From: Fistulifera solaris
Lineage: Eukaryota
DNA length: 64,000 bases
Assembly: GCA_030295235.1 (NCBI GenBank)
Contig: AP026129.1
Coordinates: forward strand, 682,001 to 746,000
Reading direction: 5' to 3'
Each line of letters begins with the position of its first letter. Position 1 is the stretch's first letter. The notes below the pieces were generated by a model. The model was not told the origin of the DNA, ran no database searches, and saw only the letters and a list, made by a program, of their open reading frames with translations. Shown piece by piece: positions 1 through 10,680 of this stretch. A program made the translations under genes and the position numbers.

Positions 1-1
1 A

Positions 2-268
2 AACTACACCTCTGATTGTTTTGAGAAAGTCCAGATGCTTTTGAGTGACCGCTTCAAAGGCTTTTTCCTGGTTCCCCAAGGAACCGCATGGAACTACAAC
101 TTTCAAGGGGTCAAACACAGCGTTGGTATGGATTACAGCCTCAAAATGGACGTTCCGCAACCATTTTACGCCGAATGCCACCGACCGCAGCACTTTTTGT
201 CGTTTGTGCAAATGGAAGGAGAAGAAAATGATGACGATGGAGCCGATTTGGACGACTTTTTATCGTAA
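2..268 (+). CDS. PRP8: Pre-mRNA splicing factor PRP8, C-terminal end (PROCT domain); gene runs in from the left edge
   Basis: Frame is open from base 2: [25 protein letters not shown]...[10 protein letters not shown]...[14 protein letters not shown], matching the conserved Prp8 C-terminus ([13 protein letters not shown], WNYNF, FYxExHRPxHF). Confidence 0.95.
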   Translation, partial: NYTSDCFEKVQMLLSDRFKGFFLVPQGTAWNYNFQGVKHSVGMDYSLKMDVPQPFYAECHRPQHFLSFVQMEGEENDDDGADLDDFLS

Positions 269-363
269 GAGCGTAACATGCTATTGAGTTCCTCCATATC
301 TTGTTATCGTTCAAAAATGAAATTATGTGGTTAGTTGATGTTCGCTATTCAGTAAGCATAAAT

Positions 364-2683
364 TTACAACTCGTCGCCATCTTCTTCGCAACCGTTCCTT
401 ATGGTTGTGCCAAACATTTGTTCCACATTAACATCAGCGTCAACCCCAGATCGATTCATAGCATCCGAGACTACCAGGAAGCATGCGGAAGGCACAGAAT
501 GTGATACCATCCACGAAAAAAGCCAGAGCAGAACTCTGTTTTTGCTGTCCTGCAAGGTCGAGAACCAGCAAATGACGTCGCTACAAGTCATATTTCGGAG
601 CACCACAAGCATCAGCAACTCCATTTCTTCCTTTAAAAAAGATTTCGTGTCAGTGCATTCAAGCGTTTGAACACACGTCTGAATGGCGGGGGCCAGATTG
701 ACCTGTAATGAAAAGCGGTACGATCGAATGGCTTTACAGGCCGAAACTACAACTTTTTCGTTGCCCCCTTGTTCGAGGACCTTGATGAGAGTTTTCAACA
801 CCCCTCTGCAATCTAGAACTTCTCGACTAAGGCTTTGAAAAATGACAGCCATCGAGTTGCATGAACCCCAACAATGCCTTTTCCGCGCAGATCGCTGTTT
901 CCAACTTAAAACGAGATTGTCTGCGTTGCTCGGCAAACTCCTTTTCATTCGCCGTTCAAGTGCGTAAACGATTTTAACAACATAAGGTACAAGTTGCTCA
1001 ACGTCTGTTTGCGTCAAGAACAGTGCCGCTATTTGACCAATGGATCGAATGGCATTATTGATTACCTTTTCATCGTCGTCTTCTAATTTCTCAAGGCATT
1101 GATGTGAGACGATAATCCACAACGGTATTGAATGCAGATTCGCTCCACTAGAACGTAATGCAAAAGACAAATTGCCAACAACAAACAGTGACATACACCG
1201 AACTTGAGCATTCTTTTCGTGCATAGTAGTTCTGACAGCTTGAAGAATTTTGCTCTGTCGAGTATTCTCGGAGTTCGAATCCATACATAGGTTGGAGCAA
1301 ACATTGCCCAACCCTTTTAAACTCACAGCACGCCATTTTGTATTGATTCTCTGATCGGTGCAAAATAAAATCATGCTTTCTAATAAATTGTCGATGTTCT
1401 CCTGCCGAGCCCAATCTTCGGCGCGCATGTACCCACAACACGAACAAACCGTTGCAGCAACGGAATGATCTTCCGCAAGACCAACCAGGATGTGATCCCA
1501 CCAAGCGGGTGGTATGATCCGGTGATAGGTGTCCTCCAAATAGCGCCCTTTTAGTATTGCTTCCAGCAAATCGAATCCACGTTTCTCTCCTTGGAGAGCG
1601 AACAGCGTGTCTTGGAATTGATACCACAGCACATCATGATTAGCGAACATGACATAATTCGAAGTCAAAATAGAGCACAAAACAGGTCGCAAGGAAGTCA
1701 TTTCTATTCGATTCCGATTCTCTTGAAAGAGTTGCAAAAGTTCTGTGACCCATTTAATCCCACGGTCCGAATCTAACCATACTTTCATGAAAGGACTCAT
1801 TGGAGTTTTACTTCCTTCTGGTGTTACTTGTCCGCCGCACAATTCGAGAAAGACACCCCGTACTTTCTTGTCTGAAAGAGAATCAATCAATGAAATAATT
1901 ATATCGTCACAAGGACTTTGCAGTGTCTCCTGCCAAGGAATACACCGTAAAAGGCTTTGTATCAGCGAAAGAATTTCTCGTGATTTTTCTCGTTGAAAGC
2001 AACAGTAAGCGACTCGCAGCGCTGAATCGATTCCTTGAACAAAGCGTAGTGCAAAGAACCTTTTGGCTTAACCACAGCGTCAAGGGCCAGTGTTGAATCG
2101 CCAGTGTCAAGATCGATGCCGCTAATGTCGTTTCGGAATGCATCTTTCGCAAGAATTGACTAGACTCGCATTGACACTCACAATCCTTAGTGTTTTCTTT
2201 TTGAAACAATAAAGCATTCGCAAATGCCCGACTTGTCTCTGGATGTCGTTGTAAAAAGGCCCACAAGACGTCGAGTCGTTTCGTCCCATATTGGAGCATC
2301 CATGCGACCGGGACATCACAGAATGTTCCGTTGGCGTGTTTTTTGGTTCCTTCGAGTGTGCGGGCAACATGCAATGCGCGTACTAAACAACCCCAGTAAT
2401 AGGACGTATTGCTGGAGGATGAACCTTCTTGTAGCTTTCGTTGTAACGTGCGAAATAACAAGAGACGCGTGGGATGAGGAGACGTCAATTCTTCGATGAT
2501 TCCGTTCTGTTCCACGGTTTCGGTGACAGGAGCCATCAATGCAGCGGGATACCGATCGAGTGCATCTTGAATGCTTAAACAAAGATTGTCGTTGGAATGC
2601 AAGAGGCTTTCGTGTAACGCTTGCACGGCGTCACTGGCGGTTGCGTGCATTGTAGCGTTATGTAATGAATGATTTTGTGACAT
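364..2683 (-). CDS. HEAT/ARM-repeat protein (HEATR6-like), split by one frameshift
   Basis: Helical HEAT-like motifs (VRCMSLFVVGNL, DDDEKVINNAIRSIG, WGSCNSM, NEKVVVSACKAI). The frame of ORF 364..1890 stays open upstream to a stop at 2068-2070 and overlaps ORF 1907..2683, implying a frameshift near 2000. Confidence 0.6.
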
Positions 2684-3256
2684 GTTCTACGGGGAGGCTA
2701 TGAAATTAATACGGTATTCGCATTCCTCATGATGAGTGTTGGAAGTTCGCAGCAAGGAAAAGATGCTATAGTCGATGAGGCTTTTGCCATGCCTCAATAT
2801 CGCATCCACCATGGTCATTTTTTTTATAAGCGGCGTGCACGCCCTAATAACTTAGTGCCGGGACTGAACCATCGATTGAGTCGTCAGAAAAGGGAAATTA
2901 GTATACTGTACGCATCATATGATAGTCATACACCGAACCTTGTAAACCTTATCGCTAGTAAATGTTCGTCGATGCGGCAAACCGCACTTTTGCGGTTCGC
3001 ATTTCGCATACAAAGTACTCCGTATTATTGTTTTGGTTGTTTTTGATGGTTGTTCTTGATGGCGATTTTCTGCAATGTCATTTAGTTGGATGCGAACCGC
3101 AATCAAATTATGCGAACCCTCTCATCCAAACCATCGTTTCTTTAGGATGGGCGTATTGGATCGCCCACAACTGCTTTGCCTTTGGTGCACATAAAACACA
3201 TCAAATCATCCATCAATATCAAAGCATACAAACTGTCAACACAAAGCAGCAAACAC

Positions 3257-5326
3257 ATGATTTTCGCGGCTCTGTTCCCTGTCTTACCTCTACTCGGTTA
3301 CGGATCGGTGGGTATCCTTGTACTACTTCTTCTCGTTGTGCGATTGGCGCGAAAATGGAGCCAGATCCCCGGCATGAATTTGACAAAAGATCAAATTCAC
3401 CCCATGCGTGCGGAGCACTTTACACCGGATAAAGTCGATCCGTCTGTCACCTGGGATACGATTGTCATCGGGTCGGGTTCCGGCGGCTGTGCCTGTGCGA
3501 ATCTGTTGGCGCAAGCGGGTCAACGAATCCTTATCCTCGAACAGCATCCGGATCGGAGTGGCGGTTGTACTCATTCCTTTCGTCAACAGAATTGTGAATG
3601 GGACACTGGTTTACATTACACCAGTACTTGTATGAGTGATGCCACTCAGCGAGCCGGGGCGTTGTTACATTTCATGACCAAAGGATTACAAAAGTGGAAA
3701 CAGTTGCCGGATCCCTACGATCAGGTGGTGTTTCCCATGCCAGGCGGCGGAGACGCTCAACAACCGCCTGTCTATTATTCGTTCGTTCAAGGCGGAGACG
3801 CGACGATTGAGTCCATCTTGAAGGATTTGGATCTTTCTATGTCATCCCTTTCCATTGACGTTCTTCGAGATCGCTGCGAAGAATGGATGAAACTGTGCCG
3901 ACTCATCAACGATGGATTCACGGCTTTGGGTTTGTCGAGAATACTTCCGCCCTTTCTACATTTCCTCCTTCGTCGACAACTCAATCAGCTCTACAAGCTT
4001 GCATCTTATACGGTCCGAGACGTTCAATATGCCGTCTTCAACTTGGGCTACACTCAGGCTGATTTGTTGTGCGTGAAGCAATGCCCCACCTCTCCGCCAG
4101 GCGCTGAACCGGACCCCGTGCTGCGACGACTGAAGGCAGTATTGACCCATCCCATTGGAGATTACGCCGTCCAACCTCGTGACGCCACCTTTGCCGCTCA
4201 TGGAATTACCATGGCCCATTACATGGAAGGAGCTTCATACACTGTTGGACCGACACAAAACATTTCCATTCGTAGCACGTCTGTAGTCCGGGCATTGGGT
4301 GGTGAAATTTGGGTGGACGCTACCGTCAAAGAAATCATCTTGGATGAAAAGACGGGTCGTGCCATCGGTGTGAAAGTTCAAAGCACAAGCCAGCTAGCCG
4401 AGTGGAAGAAACTCTGCGAAGAAGGAGAAGAAGTACCTCCGCCCACTGTAACCGAGATCCGCGCACGAAAAGCTGTGGTGTGTGCCACAGGTGTGTACAA
4501 TCTATACCACAAGCTCCTACCGCCTGCACATCCCGTGGTGCAATCGTTTCAACAGTGTCCCTCTCAACGCAGCATTGAGCCGAGCAACGGTCACATTTTT
4601 TTGTTCTGTAAAATCAAAGGTGATGCAGCTACTTTGAAACTTCCAGAGCACAATGTCTGGTACTTCAATGACGATGACATGGATAGTGCCTTTGACCGAT
4701 ACTTCGCCAATCCGACCGAACATCGTCCACCCACCGTGTACATAGGCTTTCCGTGCACAAAGGATCCTACCTGGCCGCAAAGATTCCCTGGGGTAAGCAA
4801 TTGCATCTTGATTTCGGATGGATTATGGGAATGGTTTACACCGTGGGAAAATAAGCCCGTTCATCTCCGCGGATCAGAATACGAAGCTTTCAAAGAAAAG
4901 TTGGCTCGACATCTGTTGGATATTCTTTTGGAGTCGGTGCCACAGCTTTCCATGGACCAAATCGAATACTGGACACTTGGAACGCCACTTTCCGAGGTGA
5001 CCTACTTGTCGTCGTATCACGGTGGAAGTTATGGTACCAAATGTACACCGGAAATGTTTGCGACCATCAATCGTGGCTGGACCACCAACCCTCGAACACC
5101 GATACCAGGATTGTTCGTGGCGGGAAGTGATGCGTTTCTCCCTGCGGTCTGTGGTGCTATGTATGGTGGTTGCTTGGGGGCAAGCGCGGTATTGGGTTGG
5201 ACAGGATCACTTCGACTATTCCTGGCTTTCTGGAATTACTACGCTGCAATCATTCTTGAAGAAAACCCGAAGTTGTTGAAATGGCAAGCTTACCGCTTGG
5301 CCTTTCGAAGATTTGTGAGCGACTAG
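3257..5326 (+). CDS. FAD-dependent oxidoreductase of the retinol saturase (RETSAT) / CrtI-CRTISO family with an N-terminal membrane anchor
   Basis: Rossmann motif DTIVIGSGSGG, LEQHxxxxGGCTHSF, EWDTGLHY and C-terminal TPIPGLFVAGSD. First ATG at 3257 is followed by a hydrophobic segment. Confidence 0.85.
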   Translation: MIFAALFPVLPLLGYGSVGILVLLLLVVRLARKWSQIPGMNLTKDQIHPMRAEHFTPDKVDPSVTWDTIVIGSGSGGCACANLLAQAGQRILILEQHPDRSGGCTHSFRQQNCEWDTGLHYTSTCMSDATQRAGALLHFMTKGLQKWKQLPDPYDQVVFPMPGGGDAQQPPVYYSFVQGGDATIESILKDLDLSMSSLSIDVLRDRCEEWMKLCRLINDGFTALGLSRILPPFLHFLLRRQLNQLYKLASYTVRDVQYAVFNLGYTQADLLCVKQCPTSPPGAEPDPVLRRLKAVLTHPIGDYAVQPRDATFAAHGITMAHYMEGASYTVGPTQNISIRSTSVVRALGGEIWVDATVKEIILDEKTGRAIGVKVQSTSQLAEWKKLCEEGEEVPPPTVTEIRARKAVVCATGVYNLYHKLLPPAHPVVQSFQQCPSQRSIEPSNGHIFLFCKIKGDAATLKLPEHNVWYFNDDDMDSAFDRYFANPTEHRPPTVYIGFPCTKDPTWPQRFPGVSNCILISDGLWEWFTPWENKPVHLRGSEYEAFKEKLARHLLDILLESVPQLSMDQIEYWTLGTPLSEVTYLSSYHGGSYGTKCTPEMFATINRGWTTNPRTPIPGLFVAGSDAFLPAVCGAMYGGCLGASAVLGWTGSLRLFLAFWNYYAAIILEENPKLLKWQAYRLAFRRFVSD

Positions 5327-5865
5327 AGCGGCATACAGCCGATATCCCTTGTACCAAGCGAAAAATTCTACTCCGTCTTTCTTTCCATTCCAGAAGTATA
5401 GTTCATGCAACTAAGTTCTTCGTTTTATTTCGAGTATAGAGAATCTTGTTTATCATTTTTCGATTGTGATTATTTTGCAACACAGAATGCGATTGATTAT
5501 GATGGATATCCGACGTTGTGTTCTCAGACTCTTTCACTCTGTCATGACCACATTCGTTTTACTTGTCGGAAATCTTAATCGAAATTGGGATCTTTGACGA
5601 CCAATACGTTCCGAACCCAGTTACACTGGGCTTTCACTTGAGGCGACGAGAGATCTAAAGAGTGCGCGTCGTACCTTCCGCGTGAAGAAGAGATGCATAA
5701 AATACTAAAGAACATGGACACGTTTTAGTTACCCTCCGATATTCCTAATACCGCCTATTCCTTAACCAATAGAGCTGAGGAACATCGACAAGTGAAAAAT
5801 GAGTGTCGTTGTCGTTGGCCCGAAGTTGACTACGGAGTATTTTTTTATTCTCGCAACATGTACTA

Positions 5866-6995
5866 ATATTTATTCCTAATTTCCTAAAGTCAGAATACAA
5901 ATTTGACATTCGACTGAATTTTCCATTGTTCTTTTTCATTTTCTTTGGTTTCTGGTCCTCAGAAGCTCCGATTTTTGTATCCCACTGTACCACGATTAGT
6001 AATGAAGTGACAAACCTGAACCAGATTCCCAGTGCGGTGGATTGCGCTGTTGCGCGCCATCTCTCGGATTTCGCAATAGCATGCTTTTTACCGATCGATG
6101 AAATACCACTGGGCCAGAATTTCTGGAGCATCAAAGGTTTTCCTTATAAGTAAAATGCACCTGGTCAAGATTTTCTGGAGCATCAAATATTTTCTGTATG
6201 ATTGAAATACATCTGGTCCAGATTTTCTGGACCGCCCCAAATTTTGTATGAATAAAAACATTTGGTCCAGATTTTCTGGACCGTCCCCAGATTTTCTGTA
6301 TGATTGAAATACATCTGGTCCAGATTTTCCGGACCGTCCCTAGATTTTCTGTATGAATGGAATACACCTGGTCCAGATTTTCTGGGCCGCCCCAAATTTT
6401 TGTATGAATGGAATACAGCTGGTCCAGAATTTCTGGACCGCCCCAAATTTTGTATGAATAAAAACATTTGGTCCAGATTTTCTGGACCGTCCCCAGATTA
6501 TCTGTATGAATGGAATACAGCTGGTCCAGAATTTCTGGACCGCCCCAGATTTTCCGTATGAATGGAATACACCTGGTCCAGATTTTCTGGACCGTCCCCA
6601 GATTTTCTGTATGAATGGAATACACCTGGTCCAGATTTTCTGGACCATACCCAGATTTTCTGTATGTGTGAAATACACCTGAATTTCTGGAGCATCAAAG
6701 ATTTTCCTTATGAGTAAAATACACCTGGTCCAGAATTTCTGGTTCTATTCAGATATTTTTTCGTTATGAGTTATGAATGGAATATCCAGGTCCAGATTTT
6801 CTGGACCGCCCCAAATTTTGTATGAATAAAAAACATTTGGTCCAGATTTTCTGGACAGTTTCCGATTTTCTGTATGAATGAAATACACAGGGTCACGAAT
6901 AAAAAATACCAGTACCATTTATATTTATTCCTATTTTCCTAAAGACAGAATTTAATTTGACAATCGACTGAATTTTCCATTTTTCGTTTCATTTT
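5866..6995. repeat. Imperfect ~75-bp direct repeat (5866-5942 and 6921-6995) bracketing the minisatellite
   Basis: atatttattcctaatttcctaaagtcagaatacaaatttgacattcgactgaattttccatt versus atatttattcctattttcctaaagacagaatttaatttgacaatcgactgaattttccatt. Confidence 0.85.
6108..6890. repeat. Minisatellite of about 14 units of 49-53 bp, each with a palindromic core GGTCCAGA-ttt-TCTGGACC
   Basis: The GGTCC core recurs at 6215, 6264, 6317, 6370, 6421, 6470, 6523, 6575, 6628, 6727, 6789 and 6839. Degenerate copies lie at 6111 and 6163, and a partial one near 7020-7055. Confidence 0.95.
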
Positions 6996-7922
6996 GTCAT
7001 GGTCAAGGATTCCTTTACAGTCCCCGGATTTTCTGTATGAGTAAAATACAAATGGTAAAGAATTTTTGTTTTCGTTCTGCGTTCTGGCACTGGGCACTGG
7101 AAACTGCCACCTGCTACCACATCATCATCTTTCTGTTTTCGGCGTTTCGGAGTCACATTCTACAACAAGTATGTATAGTTAAACATTAGTGCGGAGGTTT
7201 TCTACTCTTGAAACCAGAAACGATTTCCGACACTCTCTTAGATCACAGATCACAATGTGTGAGGTATTTAGCAACGAAAAGGACGTTGAAGAAGGAAGAA
7301 GTCGTAGGAAAGGAGTACTGTATAGCCATATGCCATATCCGTCTTTGGTAGTAGGTCAGAGTACGATACACGGTATAATATCATCCTGTCAAGACGGAAA
7401 TCAGTTCTCCATTTGTTCTTTAGTTTCCAAAACCCAATACTTACAATTTTTTTCTTCTCAACAAGCTACAAGTACTAGATACTGACTACCACTTTGTACT
7501 GATTGTACTATACATAATTAATCAAAGACATTCGATTACAATTGTGCTTTGTACTTACGCGACTTAAGCCTATGACCAATTAGTGGAACGCCTCAGGAAT
7601 TTTCGACAGTAGTTAAGGACACGTCAGCACGTCAGTTGTTTTTACTGTAGTCTGTGCCGTTTTGAGTCACAAACTCTTGGACAAGTGCCCTTTTCCGCTT
7701 TTCGGGCTTCATCTTCGGGCTTGGGTTTGTGCTGCTCCTTCTTTCCTTTCTCCTTGGCATCCTCTACTTGACTCGCCTCGGATGTAGATTGATCAAGACG
7801 AGTAACGGTTCCGGACCAACAAAGGAGCGAAATCAATTGCCTTCAAACTTTTGTTTCTCGATTCTTCAGTGATTGTACAAGTCAATCCCTGAAAGGAGAC
7901 CGAAAAACAAAAGATATTCTAG

Positions 7923-10640
7923 ATGTCTTCACCTTCCAATTTAAAACAGAGTATGCGCCGCAGCGCCGCACCTCAACATGCCGAAAGTGACAGTCAATGT
8001 ATGTCGCGGACACTGTTTCTGCGTTTGGTCTTTGTTGCCAGTCTAGTCACAGCAGCGGCAGTTTGTGGCTTTGTGGCGTTCCGTGTTATAAGAAATTTAG
8101 AGCAAGAGGTCGGAGAGCAGACTTATGAAAGTGTAGCAAACAGTGCACTCACCACAACTCAAGAAATATCACTGCGAAAAATTCAGGGAGGAGACATTAT
8201 GGCAACGATATTAAGCTATGCATTCCCAAATAAAGAGGCGTGGCCTTTTGTGGCATTAGATGGATACGAAGTCATTGCCGGAAAAATAGCGAACATGTCC
8301 GCATCATCGTCACAGATCGTAGCCGCTGTTGTGCTGCCAGAGCAGCGGGCCGACTTTGAAACGTTCGCGCAAAATTTATACAGATCAAACGGCTACCCAG
8401 AGACATCTGGATTTAGTGATTTTGGATTCGGGGCCTGGGCCACAGATAATGAAACAAGTCCCTACGACGATGGGCGTGTACATGATGTTAACGGAACAGT
8501 ATCCCCACAAAGTGATCGAGGCATTTTAATTATTCTTTACCAACACAACTTGGTGACTGCTAACAGCATCATGGCAAATCTGCATTCAATACCCGTCCAG
8601 GGAAACGCTCTGGTCCGTATTCTCGACTGTGTCGATAAGTATGCGACGGAAGAGACACCCGCGCCGTCGTGCGGGTTTATTACAGACTTCACCGAACTCA
8701 TTCGACGACCCGGACCTGCGTGCATGATATTCAAGCCCATCTACCCTCAAAATGACCAAACCTCCGCGGTTGCGTTTGCAGGAACCACCATGTACCTAGA
8801 CGAGGTCTTGGTCAATGTTGTTCCGGACTATGTTAGAGGCCTGTACGTTGTCTTCTCCACCGATACAGAGTCGCATACGTTTATGATGGATGCGGGGGTC
8901 CCGATACTTTTAGGAGAGGGTGACTTGCATGACCCTAGTTTTGACGAATATGCCCGTTCGGCTGTTTTATATTCCGTCGAAACAAAGGCAGAAGGCAGTG
9001 CAACGTATACAATTACGTTGTATCCCAGTGATACGCTATTCGCCACGTTTGAAACAAACAGTCCGATGGTAGTATCACTTGGGTTAGTTATGGTGATCTG
9101 CTTCAGCATCAGCATGTTCTTCTTATACGACTACTTCATGAAATACGAGTCACAGCAACGAAAGACACTCTTGGAAATGAAACGCCGCTTTGTGAGATTT
9201 GTATCTCATGAAATCCGCACCCCGCTCAACACAGTGGGAATGGGACTTGCTTTATTACAATCTGAGATGATGTCAGGTGTGCTTGAGACACTTCGCAGCA
9301 ACTCTCTGATAGATTGTGCTGAAAGTTCTGGCGAGATCAAGAGGAGCTCGAGTTCGCCTGAAATGGCTCTGACTTTCCTGGGGAATAACACTGGGGCTTC
9401 AGAAACGGACTCGAAAGACGCGACTATAAGTAGGCCTTATTATAGCAAGGAACACGTGGACTTGTGTGTAAAAAACTGGCTGTCGTTGACGAAAGAAATT
9501 TATGAAAACTCAGAAGCGGCTGTTGCTGTTTTAACGGATTTATTGGATTTCGACAAGATTCAAACCGGGACGCTGAAGTTGGATGTCAGTAGGGTTCAGA
9601 TATGGGAACTGGTCCACAGAACATCTAATCAATTTCAAATCCATGCAAACAACAAGCACGTTACTTTGGAACTTTTGTTCCCACAAGTTTCCCTCGACAC
9701 GATGGACCAAGGACGCGTCGTCAAGGAATTTGAGCACTTGCTAGTAATAGGCGATGACATGAAGCTAAGTCAGTGTCTACGAAATCTCATCTCGAACGCA
9801 CTAAAGTTCACTCCAGAAAGCGGAATAGTGATAGTTGAAACGTCATATATGCCAAACGGCTTGCCAAATGTACTGTCCACAGAGTATTGCTTCAAGGGCG
9901 ATGTTTTCCGTCGTTCTGGCTCTGTTCGGATTTCTGTCAAAGATACTGGACCTGGTATGTCTGCAGAACAGCAGGAGCAGTTGTTTCAGGAATTCGTGCA
10001 ATTCGATCCCAACAAGCTACAAGCAGGCGGTGGCAGTGGATTGGGTCTTTGTATTGCGAAGGAAATCATTGAGCAGCATAAAGGTTGTATTCTTGCAACA
10101 TCAGAAGGACTGGGCAAGGGATCGAATTTTATCATTGAACTTCCTTTGTATAGCTTCCCGATGTACAGGGAAGACTCCTCATGCCGACAGTCGAATCAGA
10201 CCTCTATATCAGAAGAAATCTCAGATTTGATTGCGAATTATCACCATCACATTCTTGTTGTTGATGATGTCTTATCGAATCGAAAATTCTTGGCAAAATT
10301 GTTGGAGCGAGCGGGACATACAGTGCAACTTGCGAAAAATGGACAAGAAGCTATCGACGCTGTTAAAGCCGATCTCGAAAAGTTGCAATCGGAGCGACAC
10401 GTCCCCTTCGATACTATTCTCCTCGACTCCGAAATGCCAGTTCTCTGTGGGCCGGAGGCTGCGAAGAGTATTAGAGAACTCCGGCACCCGGCAACAATTT
10501 TGGGATGCACGGGCAACGTTCTTCCCGAAGATGTGGATTACTTCAAGTCTTGCGGTGCAGCCACCGTGCTACCAAAACCGATCAAAGTTTCAATGCTGGA
10601 GAGTTTTTGGCGAGAACAAGGCATCGCATCCACAATATGA
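7923..10640 (+). CDS. Membrane hybrid histidine kinase (TM, CHASE-like sensor, TM, HisKA, HATPase_c, receiver)
   Basis: H-box FVSHEIRTPLN, N-box LRNLISNALKFT, G1 VKDTGPG, G2 GGSGLGL, receiver LVVDD...ILLDSEMP...LPKP. Two TM helices flank the sensor region. Confidence 0.93.
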   Translation: MSSPSNLKQSMRRSAAPQHAESDSQCMSRTLFLRLVFVASLVTAAAVCGFVAFRVIRNLEQEVGEQTYESVANSALTTTQEISLRKIQGGDIMATILSYAFPNKEAWPFVALDGYEVIAGKIANMSASSSQIVAAVVLPEQRADFETFAQNLYRSNGYPETSGFSDFGFGAWATDNETSPYDDGRVHDVNGTVSPQSDRGILIILYQHNLVTANSIMANLHSIPVQGNALVRILDCVDKYATEETPAPSCGFITDFTELIRRPGPACMIFKPIYPQNDQTSAVAFAGTTMYLDEVLVNVVPDYVRGLYVVFSTDTESHTFMMDAGVPILLGEGDLHDPSFDEYARSAVLYSVETKAEGSATYTITLYPSDTLFATFETNSPMVVSLGLVMVICFSISMFFLYDYFMKYESQQRKTLLEMKRRFVRFVSHEIRTPLNTVGMGLALLQSEMMSGVLETLRSNSLIDCAESSGEIKRSSSSPEMALTFLGNNTGASETDSKDATISRPYYSKEHVDLCVKNWLSLTKEIYENSEAAVAVLTDLLDFDKIQTGTLKLDVSRVQIWELVHRTSNQFQIHANNKHVTLELLFPQVSLDTMDQGRVVKEFEHLLVIGDDMKLSQCLRNLISNALKFTPESGIVIVETSYMPNGLPNVLSTEYCFKGDVFRRSGSVRISVKDTGPGMSAEQQEQLFQEFVQFDPNKLQAGGGSGLGLCIAKEIIEQHKGCILATSEGLGKGSNFIIELPLYSFPMYREDSSCRQSNQTSISEEISDLIANYHHHILVVDDVLSNRKFLAKLLERAGHTVQLAKNGQEAIDAVKADLEKLQSERHVPFDTILLDSEMPVLCGPEAAKSIRELRHPATILGCTGNVLPEDVDYFKSCGAATVLPKPIKVSMLESFWREQGIASTI

Positions 10641-10680
10641 TCTTAGAAGCAATTCTTAAAAGCTTTATTACAAATGTATT

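Noticed and set aside
6131..6698. Repetitive ORFs such as QKIWTRCIPFI on both strands
   Set aside because: They are translations of the minisatellite, whose unit lengths are mostly not multiples of three.
6108..6890. CRISPR array (palindromic repeats at regular spacing)
   Set aside because: The intervening sequences are near-identical rather than unique spacers, there are no cas genes, and the context is eukaryotic.
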